Assembly (NCBI RefSeq): GCF_000008305.1
Contig: NC_006055.1
Span: 570,001 to 602,000, forward strand
Direction of reading: 5' to 3'
Length of the DNA stretch: 32,000 nt
Source of the DNA: Mesoplasma florum L1
GTDB taxonomy: Bacteria; Bacillota_I; Bacilli_A; Mycoplasmatales; Mycoplasmataceae
Below are positions 1 to 10,624 of the stretch, in pieces; position 1 is the first letter of the stretch; every line of letters begins with the position of its first letter. The notes beneath the pieces are model-generated. The model was not told the origin of the DNA, made no database searches, and saw only the letters and a program-made list of their open reading frames with translations. A program made the position numbers and the translations under genes.

Positions 1-319
1 TAAAAATATTACCATTTTTAAAAATCATAGTTAAATCAGCAATATCTCCAAGAACTCCTAGTTTTACATCTTCTATTTGTTCTAAACCATATTGTTTAAT
101 TTGACTTGCTGTTTGAATAAATTTGCTTATTGTAAATAATCTTTTATTTGTTAATAAAATCATATGCGCAAAAGCGTTTATTTCTCCAACAATAATATCA
201 ATTACATATTCATCAGATAAAAAGTATTTTTCTACTTCATTAAATTCTTTTTTATCTATCAGTTGATATTTATCAAAATTATAAATCTCTAATTTACTTA
301 AATACTCTTTATTGTTCAT
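1..319 (-). CDS. Partial hypothetical protein, possibly PH-like (YokE-type); continues past the left edge
   Basis: Open frame starts MNNKEYLSKLEIYNFDKYQLIDKKEFNEVEKYFLSDEYVIDIIVGEINAFAHMILLTNKRLFTI. The 'LLTNKRLFTI' segment resembles bacterial PH domains. No stop before the window edge. Confidence 0.6.
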   Translation of the reverse strand, partial: MNNKEYLSKLEIYNFDKYQLIDKKEFNEVEKYFLSDEYVIDIIVGEINAFAHMILLTNKRLFTISKFIQTASQIKQYGLEQIEDVKLGVLGDIADLTMIFKNGNIF

Positions 320-335
320 AAATAGATTATAACAA

Positions 336-360
336 ATAAAAAAACCACATTAAGATATGG
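336..360 (-). terminator. Rho-independent terminator
   Basis: CCATAT-CTTA-ATGTGG stem with one G-U pair, followed by a T-run on the minus strand, just downstream of the 385..774 CDS. Confidence 0.6.
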
Positions 361-384
361 TGTTTTTATTACAACAAATGTTTG

Positions 385-774
385 TTAATTTAGCATTTCT
401 TCAATTTCTTTTTCTAAAATTGATGCTTCCTTTTTAAATTTAATAATCATACTTTTATTGTTAGAATTTTTATTTATTGCTTTAATTTTATCTTCTAATT
501 CTATTTGCTTTAACTTTAAAGATGTCATATTGCATTCATTAATTGAAATGTCATTTTTTTCTTTTTTATTATTTGAATTTTTGTTATATAAAATTCAAAA
601 TGGAATTGCTCCCACAAATGGGAAAATGGCTAAAGTTGCTAATAAACCCAACCAAACACCAGATTGCTTTCCTTGCTTGCATTTTTTAATAGCTAAAAAA
701 CTAAATGCAGTTACAAAAATTAAAATAAATAAATAACATGCTATGTAAATAAGTATAAAAGCTCAAGTTGGCAT
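385..774 (-). CDS. Small membrane protein, hypothetical (129 aa)
   Basis: UGA-as-Trp reading gives MPTWAFILIYIACYLFILIFVTAFSFLAIKKCKQGKQSGVWLGLLATLAIFPFVGAIPFWILYNKNS..., with two hydrophobic segments and a charged tail. GGGAG SD upstream. Confidence 0.7.
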
Positions 775-775
775 A

Positions 776-1255
776 CTAGTTTTCTCCCTTTAAAAAATTG
801 ATTTTATTTTTGCAAGTAATTATTTCTACTTTTGTTATTTCTATTTCTTTTTTAAGATTGATAATTTCTTTATTCAATGTTGATAAATTTTCTTTGATGA
901 CCCCAGATTTTTTATTATTCTTTAATTCTTCTCTTAATCTTAACTTTGAGTTTTGAAAAGAAAGTTTAGAATTTAACTTTTCTAATTCACTTAGTGCATT
1001 TTGTAAAAAAATATTGTCTATATTATTATTCTTACTATCAGGTAATTTATGTTTAACTATTTCACTTTTTTGGACGTTATCATTATTTTTTTTATATTTT
1101 TCATACATAATGAAACACAGTACAATACCAAGTAACGCACTACCTAAAAAACCAACTAAAAACCCTCATGGATTACCATTAAAACATAATTCGGCACCAT
1201 AATATGTCAGTCCTACAGCTAAAATTATTACAAATATTATTATAAATATACTCAT
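776..1255 (-). CDS. Membrane-anchored coiled-coil protein, hypothetical (159 aa)
   Basis: MSIFIIIIVIILAVGLTYYGAELCFNGNPWGFLVGFLGSALLGIVLCFIMYEKYKKNNDN... followed by a Lys/Glu-rich heptad-like tail. AAGGTG SD. Confidence 0.7.
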
Positions 1256-1289
1256 TTTATCACCTTATCTTTTATCTTATTTTAGCAAA

Positions 1290-1306
1290 ACCACATTATA
1301 TGTGGT
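1290..1306. terminator. Small hairpin, possible terminator
   Basis: ACCACA-TTATA-TGTGGT perfect 6-bp stem just downstream of the NrnA-like gene. The T-run is poor. Confidence 0.35.
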
Positions 1307-2251
1307 CTATTCATTATCAATTATTATTTGATTTGCATCTTCAACAATTTGCATTGCTTCATCTAAACTGTTAATGATTGCTCCAGCAGCCATTTTGTGA
1401 CCACCTCCACCTCATTTAACAGCTAATTCATTAACTGCAATACCATTTGAACGGAATTCAACTCTTCATTTTCCATCTTCTCTGATTGAGAAAGTGATTC
1501 AAATGTCAATTCCTTCTAAGTCTTTTAATAAGTTTGAAAATTTACCATTTTCTTCATAACTTAAATTATATTTTTTCATTAACTCATCTGGTAAGATGAT
1601 ATATCCAACTTTGTGATCAGTAACTTTAGCTGATGCTATTAATTCTGATTGTAAAGCTAAAACTGGGAATGAACGTTTGTACATAGTTTTATACATTTCA
1701 AACACATCAAAACCTGTCTCAATTAATCTAGCACATACTTCAAAAGTTCTTGGTGTAATACCACCAAATAAAAATCTTCCACTGTCTGTACAAATTCCAT
1801 GATAAATTACTCTAGCTGCAACTGGTGTTATTTCTCAGTTATTATTAACAGCTAAATCTCCAACCATTTCACTTGCACTTGTATAATTTACATCAACTCA
1901 TGATAGATCTCCATATGGTGTTGCATCTGGGTGGTGATCAATTTTTAGTAAAAATGCACCCTTATCATAATTTTGATTATCAATTCTTTCAACATTACCA
2001 CAATCAGTTACAATAACTAATGCATCCTTAAATATTGCTTCATCTGTAAAAACATCAGGTGTTCCAGCATGTTTTAAATATCCAATTTCTTCACCAAATG
2101 CATAAACTTCTTTATTTGGGTAATTTGTTTTAATTAATTCTTTTAAGCCTAATTGTGAACCATAAGCATCTCCATCTGGAACAATATGTCTTAAAATAAT
2201 TATCTTGTCATATTTTTCTATAACTTGTTTTATTTGTTTATAAATTGTCAT
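1307..2251 (-). CDS. nrnA: DHH/DHHA1 phosphoesterase, nanoRNase/pAp phosphatase (NrnA-like), 314 aa
   Basis: Motifs RHIVPDGDAYGSQLGL, VTDCGN, KIDHHPD, YHGICTDSGRFLF and C-terminal GGGGHKMAAG. Confidence 0.85.
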
Positions 2252-2311
2252 AATTCTCCTTATATTATTAATATTTTACCAACTATTTGATAGAACTTTT
2301 TATTTTACAAT

Positions 2312-2336
2312 AAAAAAAGCAATTCCTTACGGAATT
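2312..2336 (-). terminator. Rho-independent terminator
   Basis: AATTCC-GTAA-GGAATT stem (minus strand) followed by a 7-T run. Confidence 0.7.
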
Positions 2337-2365
2337 ACTAATTTTTATTAATATTAAAGAGCTAA

Positions 2366-4042
2366 TTATTTAGCTGCTTTTGTAGATTTTGTAGATTTTT
2401 TTGCTTTTGCATTTTTTAATGCATCTGCTTCAACTGCTTTACGTAATTCTCTAGCCATGTTTGGTGAAATTAAGTTGTTGATTAAGAAACTTGAAATTGA
2501 TAAGTAAATTCAGAATCCAACTAAAGTAACTCCATTAATTGCTGAGAAAATGCTTTGTAAGCTATGTCCATCTGGTCCATATAAAGCCATAAAGTTTGAA
2601 ACAGTAGCAATAGTTCATGCGATCATTGGTAAAATGATTCCATCAACTAATAATTTTTTAGATAATGTTTTGTGTTGTTTAAAGCTATCTACTAATGTAG
2701 CGATTACATAGAATATTAAACTTGTTGATAATACTAAGTAAGCTACTGCTGAGAATCAAACTCAAATTTGAGCTGATGATCCCGGAGCAACGATGTTAAC
2801 TTTTGATACACCAACAATTCCTGCTGAAATTGTAATGAAAGTTAATACGTATAATGAGTAGAAAATAATAGCTGGTTTAACTAAAATATTTTTGATGTTT
2901 TTGTATTGTTCATTTCTGAAGATCATTAATGAATGAGCAATAATAGTTAAAATTACTCAAGAAACGAAGAATGTAGCTGCTACAGCTAATGTTCTTACAT
3001 CACCTGTTAAATTAGAAACTAATCCATTAATTAATCCACCAACAAATGCTGAAATAATAATTGCTGGGATAAACATTGCAACTAAGAAGAAGTTAAATTT
3101 AAAGATTTCTAAACTATAAATTTTTCATCCTAAATTGTTATCCGCTTTATCTTGTAATGCTTTGTGATAAGCAATTGAGTATTTTGAACCTGTTGCACAG
3201 TATTCATATCCACGTTTTAAGTCGAAGAATAATTCATCTCCACGACCATTGATTGAACGTCTTCTTTCTTTTTCATACATTTCTTTGATTGATTCTGTAA
3301 CAACTTTTGCTGCTTCAGCAAAAACTGTTAAGTCTCCTTCTTTGATAAGTACTGAACAAATTTCATCCATCATAATGTTTAAGAATTCTGGTTTGAAGGC
3401 CAATCCTGAATATGCTGCATAATCAGCTTTAACTGCATCAAAGTTTCCTTCTGCCAATTTAACTTGTAATCCTTCAGTAAATGAAATTGTTTTTTGGTAG
3501 TTGTATAAAACATTTGATTGACGGTTTTTCATGTATGATTTCATTCCAATAACTGTTCCAAATAATAATTGTTTTGTTAATGGTACAAACATTGCAAATA
3601 CTCCCCCAACTAAAATCATTTTGAATGGATCCAATAATGTTTTTAATAATGAGTTTGCTGCCATAAATCCGTTTAAAACATATGTACCAGCTCCAGCTTT
3701 ATCATTTGCTGCTTCAATTAATGCATTGATAAATGCAATATTTGTTGATCCACCTAATGATAATGCAGATGAAGTAATTATTCCAGATGGTAATGTTCCA
3801 CCATTAAATAACATTGCTGCATTTAAATCTGTATATTTTTCAAAAAATGCAGTTCATGCGTTTGATTCACTTAAACCAGCAACCATGATAAGATCATCTA
3901 AAGTTTTGTTTCAGTTTGTACCTGATCCCAATTGAACTGCACCGATGTTGTAAATAGCAACTGAATCAATTCAAGCTGAGTAACCAAAGTAAATAACTGC
4001 AACAACTAGTAATAAAATAACTAATCTAACTGTTTTTCTCAT
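2366..4042 (-). CDS. Multi-pass membrane protein, hypothetical (558 aa)
   Basis: Continuous UGA-as-Trp frame MRKTVRLVILLLVVAVIYFGYSAWIDSVAIYNIG... ending KNAKAKKSTKSTKAAK. Several hydrophobic segments around a soluble region. Confidence 0.75.
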
Positions 4043-4082
4043 TTTCTCTATTCCTTTCTTTTAACCAAAATATTATAACAAA

Positions 4083-4108
4083 AAAAATCAGTGTCAATAC
4101 TGATTTTT
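4083..4108. terminator. Rho-independent terminator, probably bidirectional
   Basis: AAAAATCAGT-GTCAAT-ACTGATTTTT perfect 10-bp stem just downstream of leuS. Confidence 0.8.
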
Positions 4109-4123
4109 TGTTTTTTTGCACCC

Positions 4124-6529
4124 TTATTTAATAACTATGTTAACAATTCTGTCAACTACAGCAATCTCTTTAATGATTTCTTTATCTTTAATATAGCTAA
4201 TAATGCTCTCTTGTTTCTTAGCTAATTCTAATAATTTATCTTTAATAGTTCCTTTTTCTACTTCAATAGTAGCTCTTAATTTACCATTAATTTGTAGAGC
4301 AATAACAACTGTGTTTGAAACTAATTTACTTGGATCAAAAACTGGTCAAGCTTGTTTTGTAATTGAAGGAGCATGTCCTAGTTTTTCTCATAATTCTTCT
4401 CCAATGAATGGAGCATAAATACTTAACATTTTTACAAATCCTTCAATGTAAGGACGATATACTGGTCCTTCATGTTTATAAACTGCGTTAACAAATATCA
4501 TTAATTGTGATATTGCTGTATTAAATTTTAATGATTCAATCATTTCACTTACATTTTTAACTACATCATTATAAACAAAGTCTAGTTTAGTATCATTTAC
4601 ATCAGTTAATTCAGTAGTCATAACCATTCTATAAGCTCTATGAATTCATTTTAAAGCAGAATCTAATCCATCTTCACTTCATGGTAATGAAGCATCTAAT
4701 GGTCCCATGAACATTTCATATAATCTTAAACTATCAGCACCATGTGTTGAAACAATGTCATCAGGATTAATTACATTTCCTCATGATTTAGACATTTTTC
4801 TTCCATCTGGTCCTAAAATCATTCCTTGATTAAATAATTGTTTAAACGGTTCTTTAACTGAAGTAATTCCTAGATCATATAATACATAGTTTCAAAATCT
4901 TGCGTATAGTAAATGACCAACAGCATGTTCTTGTCCACCAACATATAAATCAACTGGCATTCATTTTTCAAAACGTTTTTTAGCTTCTGCACTATCAATG
5001 TCAATAAATTCATTTTCTCCATCAGCTAAAATATAAGCTAAGTAATATCAACTTGAACCTGCAGATTGAGGCATTGTGTTTGTTTCTCTTCTATATTTAA
5101 CACCATCAATTTCTACATTAACTCATTCTTCAACATTGGCTAATGGTGATTCTCCAGTACCACTTGGTTTAATATTTTTAATTCTTGGTAATTCAACTGG
5201 TAAATCCTCAATTAATGTTATTTCTTGATTTGGTCCATATAAGACTGGGAAAGGTTCACCATAAAATCTTTGACGTGAGAATAATCAATCTCTTAATTTA
5301 TAGTTTGTTTGTTCTCTTCCTCAACCTTGTTCAATAGCAATTTTTGTCATTGTTTGAATAGCTTGTTTTTTATCCATCCCATTTAAAATATCTGAGTTGA
5401 TAATTTTACCTTCTCCAACAAAAGCTTTTTCATCAGTTTTGTTTTCAATAACAAATTTTTTCTCTAAGTTGAATTTAGTTGCAAATTCTCAATCTCTTTT
5501 ATCGTGAGCAGGGACTGCCATAACAGCACCAGTTCCATAATTTGCTAATACATAATCACTAACTCAAACTTGAACTAATTCATTAGTATGTGGATTAGTT
5601 GCATAGCTTCCAGTGAAAACTCCAGTTTTTGGTTTTGATTCATCTTTACGATCAATCTCTGATTTATTTTTTGCTAATTCGATATAAGTTTGTACTTCTT
5701 TTAATTGTTCTGGAGTTGTAATGTTTAATACTTGTTCATGCTCTGGAGCTAAAACAATATAACTAACTCCATAGATAGTGTCTATTCTAGTAGTGAATAC
5801 AGGAACTTTAATATTGTTAACTAAAAAGTCTAATTCAACACCAGTTGATTTACCAATTCAGTTTCTTTGTAAGTCTTTGATTGAACTATTTCATTCTAAT
5901 TCATCTAATCCTTCTAATAAACGATCAGCATATTCTGTAATTTTTAAAACTCATTGACGCATTTTACGTTTAGTTACAGGATGCTCTCCACGTTCACTAA
6001 CCATTAATCCATCTTTTTCAATAATTTCATCATTAGCTAAAACAGTTCCTAATTCTTGACATCAGTTAACTTCAACATCACGGTTTTCTGCTAAACCTTT
6101 TTTATACAGTTGATTAAATATTCATTGTGTTATTTTGTAATAGTTTGGATTAGCTGTTGATATTTCTTTATCAAAATCATAACTAAATCCCATCATTTTT
6201 AATTGGCGTTTAAATGTTTTAATATTTTCTAAAGTGAAATCAATTGGATCATTACCTGTTTTTAATGCATATTGTTCTGCTGGTAATCCAAATGCATCTC
6301 AACCCATTGGGTGTAAAACATCATATCCATTCATTCTTTTATAACGAGAAAAAACATCAGTTGCAGTATAACCTTTAACATGACCAACATGAATACCTGC
6401 TCCACTTGGGTATGGGAACATATCCAATACATAAGATTTTTTATCAGATGTATTAGTTGTTTTATTTGTATTATTTTCTTCTCAATATTTTTTTCATTTC
6501 TTTTCAATCGCTTTATGTGAAAATTCCAT
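4124..6529 (-). CDS. leuS: Leucyl-tRNA synthetase (801 aa)
   Basis: [21 protein letters not shown]...[21 protein letters not shown] (HIGH-type motif), and minus-strand readthrough consistent with a class I LeuRS. Confidence 0.95.
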
Positions 6530-6587
6530 TTTAAACTCCTTGTAAATATAAACTATTATTAATTTTACTATTTTTAAAAAATAAAAA

Positions 6588-6613
6588 AAGTAATAATCAA
6601 ATGATTATTACTT
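6588..6613 (-). terminator. Rho-independent terminator after tRNA-Ile
   Basis: AAGTAATAATCA-TT-TGATTATTACTT, 12-bp perfect stem followed by a T-run on the minus strand. Confidence 0.8.
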
Positions 6614-6624
6614 GTGATATCTAA

Positions 6625-6701
6625 TGGTCGGAATAATTGGACTTGAACCAACGACCTCTCCGTTATCAGCGGAGTGCTCTAACCAGCTGAGCTATATTCC
6701 G
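6625..6701 (-). tRNA. tRNA-Ile(GAT)
   Basis: CGGAATATAGCTCAGCTGGTTAGAGCACTCCGCTGATAACGGAGAGGTCGTTGGTTCAAGTCCAATTATTCCGACCA. Full cloverleaf, anticodon GAT, encoded CCA. Confidence 0.95.
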
Positions 6702-6774
6702 AAAACAAAAATATTGTATTATTTTTACAATATTAAGTCAATAGAAAAACATTAAATTTATATTTTTATTAAAT

Positions 6775-8544
6775 TTATATTTCTTCTTCATATGCTGGAC
6801 TATATAAAAATAATTCTTTGTTATAAGTTTTTAATACATTTTCTGTGTCCACAAAAAGAAATTTTGAATAAAAAGATTCAGTATTTCATTTCAATGGTGC
6901 AGTAACAAATGCAGCAACATATTTTGCATTTCTAATTTTTTTAAAAAAATCTTCTTTGCTTATATTTTCCGGTATCCTATTTTTTTCAAAAAGCTTATCA
7001 TAATAGTCATAAATAACATTTTGCGCACTATGAATTAAATTAGCTGATGTTTCTATTTGATTAAATAAGTCTCTAGACCCAATTCCAGTAGGACTTGCTT
7101 TATTACAAATCAGATAAGTTTGATCATTATCTGCAAAAACTATTAAATCACATATTTCAACATTTTTAATAGTTATTCTATCAGCCAATATAATATCCTT
7201 GTTATCTTTTTTTGATAAAAAAGAATCATTATATTTTTTTTCATTAATTCTATGACTTTTGTTTTTAAACAATTTTTTTGCTTTATAAACATCTTCTAAT
7301 TCTTTTTTGCTTTTTTCATTCAATTTTTTAAAAGATAATTTTATATGTTCATCATAGGTTTGATCTAAAATATATCACTTTCCACCGTTTAAATATATTT
7401 CTCCTTCTTGGGTAATATAAATGTAATCAATAATATTTTTCAATTTCTGTTTTTTAATTTCCTTATTTTCCTCATCGAATATTGTTATTTCTCAATTCAT
7501 AAAAAAATTTCTAATTTTATTTTTTGAAAATGAAACATCCCTATTAGGTGCTTTTTCAAAATTAAATTTAACAAAATCACTGTAAATATTTTCAAATGTT
7601 GGAATTACATCATATTCCTTTCTAAATTTACCATCTCTAGATTCAATAATCCATTTAGCAGCATTAAAATAGTCAGCATAATCAGACCATGTTATAGTTA
7701 TTTCTTTTTTATCAATTGTTTCAAAAATTTCATAAAATTCATCAAAGTATTTTTCATTTAAGCCATTTTCTGCAAATTCACTTACAGGTTTCCAATATGA
7801 TAATCAAAGTTTAGGTTCTTTTTTAGAAATACTAGAAATACTAGAAATATATTTTTTAAATTCTTGCGGCGAAACTGATTTTTTTATTTCAAAAAAATCA
7901 GCTGCATTTATTTTGTTTTTAGAAAATTCATCTTCGCTTGTTCCCTCATCAATAATTCCTAACTCTTTTGATACATTGAAAGTTGTTTCCAAATCTAAAT
8001 TTTTGATGTTATTTGAAAATTGAATTTCACTTGTTATTGTTGAATTACTTCTATTATAGTTTGTAGATTGTATTCTTTTTCCTCTTATCGGTTTTTCAAC
8101 AAATTTTTGTAAAACAGGTTCAGTTCCATCATATAGTCTTGTTATAATTTCTTTTCCAAAATCTTTAACAATGAACTCACTTATATAGTTACTTGCATGA
8201 CCACCTGTTGATGCATAAAGCTCATTTTCATATGCAATTAAGAAAATAAATGATACAGATGTGTTAACTAAATTATCAAAATGTTGATCTTTAAAAAAAT
8301 TAGATAAACCACTCATCCATGATATTTCCGCATCTTTTATGTAGACAAGAGCAGCAATATTTTCATCATCAGATTCTTCATTATATATTCAAAAATTATT
8401 TTCAACCAAACTATTTTTATCAATTATATATTGAAAAATTAAGTCTTTAATGATTGATAGATTCATTTCTTCATTATGTCTTTGTAATTCATTTTCTCAT
8501 ATTTTTTTTGTATCTAATTTGTATATTCTAAAACTTTGATTCAT
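6775..8544 (-). CDS. DUF6119 / TIGR04141 'sporadically distributed' family-like protein (589 aa)
   Basis: One uninterrupted frame with UGA=Trp, joining track ORFs 6886..7323 and 7804..8316. Recognisable segments: ASTGGHASNYISEFIVKDFGKEIITRLYDGTEPVLQKFVEKPIRGKRIQS, WLSYWKPVSEF, and C-terminal ITIKNVEICDLIVFADNDQTYLICNKASPTGIGSRDLFNQIETSANLI. AGGAGA SD upstream. The family call is from recall. Confidence 0.6.
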
Positions 8545-8591
8545 TTGTCTCCTTTAAAATCTCTATATAATTTTAATATATTCATAATAAA

Positions 8592-8615
8592 AAAAGACAG
8601 CATTTGCCATCTTTT
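8592..8615 (-). terminator. Rho-independent terminator after rpsI
   Basis: AAAAGATGGCA-AA-TGCTGTCTTTT stem with two wobble pairs, followed by T-run. Confidence 0.7.
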
Positions 8616-8641
8616 AAATATATATTGCTGAAAATATATGA

Positions 8642-9037
8642 TTAACGTTTTGAGTATTGAGGTGCTCTACGTGCTCCACGAAGACCGTATTTTTTACGTT
8701 CTTTAATACGTGCATCACGTGTTAGTAACCCAACAGCTCTTAACCCTTTACGGTAATCTTCACTAGCTACTAATAATGCTCTAGCAATCCCTAAACGAGT
8801 TGCTCCAGCTTGACCAGTAAACCCTCCGCCTTTAACTGTAACAGTGATATCAAAATCTTTTTCTGTTCCAGTTGCTACAAGTGGTTGTTCTAAGTCTTGA
8901 ACTAATGTTGGATATGGGAAGAATTCTAATGCAGGAACACCATTAACAATGATGTTTCCTTTTCCAGGAGTTAAGATAACTTGAGCTACAGAAGTTTTTC
9001 TTCTTCCAGTTCCTCTATAAATAACTTTTTCTGCCAT
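8642..9037 (-). CDS. rpsI: 30S ribosomal protein S9
   Basis: [27 protein letters not shown]...[29 protein letters not shown]. Confidence 0.98.
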   Translation of the reverse strand: MAEKVIYRGTGRRKTSVAQVILTPGKGNIIVNGVPALEFFPYPTLVQDLEQPLVATGTEKDFDITVTVKGGGFTGQAGATRLGIARALLVASEDYRKGLRAVGLLTRDARIKERKKYGLRGARRAPQYSKR

Positions 9038-9489
9038 TATTTGTTATCTCCTTTTTTTACAAATGTTAAAACTTCTGGTTTTTGAGCTGCGTAAGGGTGG
9101 TTTTCACCAACAAATACGTGTAATGCTCTAAATTGATTTCTTCCTTGTACATTTTTTGGTAACATCAAACGAATTGAACGTTCTAAAATTTTAGTTGCGT
9201 CTAATTCTCTTTGAACTGCTACAGTTCTTCTTCTTAGTCCACCTGGGTGCATTGAGTGGTGGTAGTATGTTTTATCTGATTCTTTTTTACCAGTAAATAA
9301 TACTTTCTCAGCGTTAATGATGATAACGTGATCACCATTGTTCATGTGAGGTGTGAAGTCAACTTTATGTTTACCTCTTAAGATTCTAGCTACTTCTGTA
9401 GATAATCTCCCCACATTTTGTCCTGCTGCATCAACGATATATCAATTTTTTTTGATGTCTTTTGCAGCAATTAATGTTGTTTGTTTCAT
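9037..9489 (-). CDS. rplM: 50S ribosomal protein L13 (150 aa)
   Basis: [62 protein letters not shown]... The track ORF starts too late because of a UGA Trp codon. The stop overlaps the rpsI ATG by one base. Confidence 0.97.
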
Positions 9490-9580
9490 GTGCTTTTTCT
9501 CCTCTTATTTGACTTGTCCGGGGTCTTATAAATGTAGTAAGCAAAAATATTATAATACATTTGTTTTAAAATTTAAATTC

Positions 9581-10147
9581 CTAAATGAAATTTTTTATAT
9601 ATAAAGGTAAAATTTCTTCAATTTCATCAACCAATCTAAAGTTTTTTTCTAATAAGTTAAATGTTTGAATATAATCTAAAGACTTATTATCTTCTTTAAT
9701 TAAAAAGTTAGAATAAGTTTTTTTAATATCATCTAATTCAGATAAGTTAACAACTGTTTCTTCTATTAAAGGTTTTTGGTTTTCATATACTCCAATATAG
9801 TATTTACTTCCTCTAGCATCTAATATTGAAATAGCTTGATCATTTGCTGCTTGAAATGCTAATGAATTTAATAAATAGACTTTAATTCTATTGTTTAAAG
9901 TTTTTAAAGTTTTAACAATTGTTAGCCCAACTCTAACACCAGTATAACTACCAGGACCATTAGTTAAATAAAATTCTTGAATATCATTAATTTTTAAATT
10001 ATTTTTACTTAATAACTTAGTGATAGTAGATAATGCTATATCACTAACCTTTTTAGTGTCAGACAATATTAGACTATCGATTATCTGATCATCTTTTTTT
10101 AGTATTAAAACTAATTTTCAATTACATGTATCTATAAATAATTTCAT
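9581..10147 (-). CDS. tsaB: tRNA t6A synthesis protein TsaB (188 aa)
   Basis: MNLFIDTCNWKLVLILKKDDQIIDSLILSDTKKVSD...YLTNGPGSYTGVRVGLTIVKTL. GPGS(Y/F)TGxR motif. Confidence 0.88.
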
Positions 10148-10148
10148 C

Positions 10149-10568
10149 CTAATAATTTCTTTCTATTTTAATTTCTCTAGTAGTTTCATCAATTGCTAAT
10201 ATTTCAATTTTTATATTTTTAAATTCATTAAAGTCATAATTTAAATTTGTTCATCATTCAATGATATTAATATTGTTATCAAATTCTTCTAAGAACATTT
10301 CAATATTTGATTGTTCATCTAGTCTATATGCATCCATATGATTTATGACTAGGTTATTTGTAGTTTCATATTGATTCAAAATATTAAAAGTTGGGGATGT
10401 TACATTTTCTTCAACTCCCAATGATTTAATTAATTGCTTTGTTAAAGTTGTTTTACCTGCACCAAGATCACCTGTTAATAATAAATAAACTTCACCCTTA
10501 ACGCTTTTTAGTTCATCAGCGATTTTAATGGCTAATTCTCTAGTTTCATTAATGCTTTTGATAATCAT
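10149..10568 (-). CDS. tsaE: tRNA t6A synthesis ATPase TsaE (139 aa)
   Basis: LLLTGDLGAGKTTLTKQLIKSLGVEENVTSPTFNILNQY (P-loop and SPTF). Start at 10568 fits the AGAGGTGA SD better than the track start at 10586. Confidence 0.9.
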
Positions 10569-10603
10569 TAAAATCACCTCTTTCATTATTAGATTATATA
10601 AAA

Positions 10604-10624
10604 AAATACCTATTAAAGGTATTT
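10604..10624 (-). terminator. Rho-independent terminator overlapping the P-type ATPase stop codon
   Basis: AAATACCT-TTAAT-AGGTATTT stem plus T-run on the minus strand. Confidence 0.75.

Noticed and set aside
1014-1202. Plus-strand ORFs (1014..1202, 3531..3935, 4203..4418, 9353..9604, 10933..11352, 11530..11736, 15205..15390, 27195..27419, 30705..30890)
   Set aside because: Each lies antisense to a well-supported minus-strand gene, has no recognisable domain, and is explained by AT-rich codon composition.
7324-7803. Apparent disruption of the DUF6119-like gene between two track ORFs
   Set aside because: The gap is only UGA Trp codons. The start at 8544, both fragments and the stop at 6775 are in one frame, so it is not a pseudogene.
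10569-10586. Upstream ATG giving MKEVIL extension of TsaE
   Set aside because: The AGAGGTGA SD is placed correctly for the ATG at 10568, and the upstream ATG overlaps that SD.
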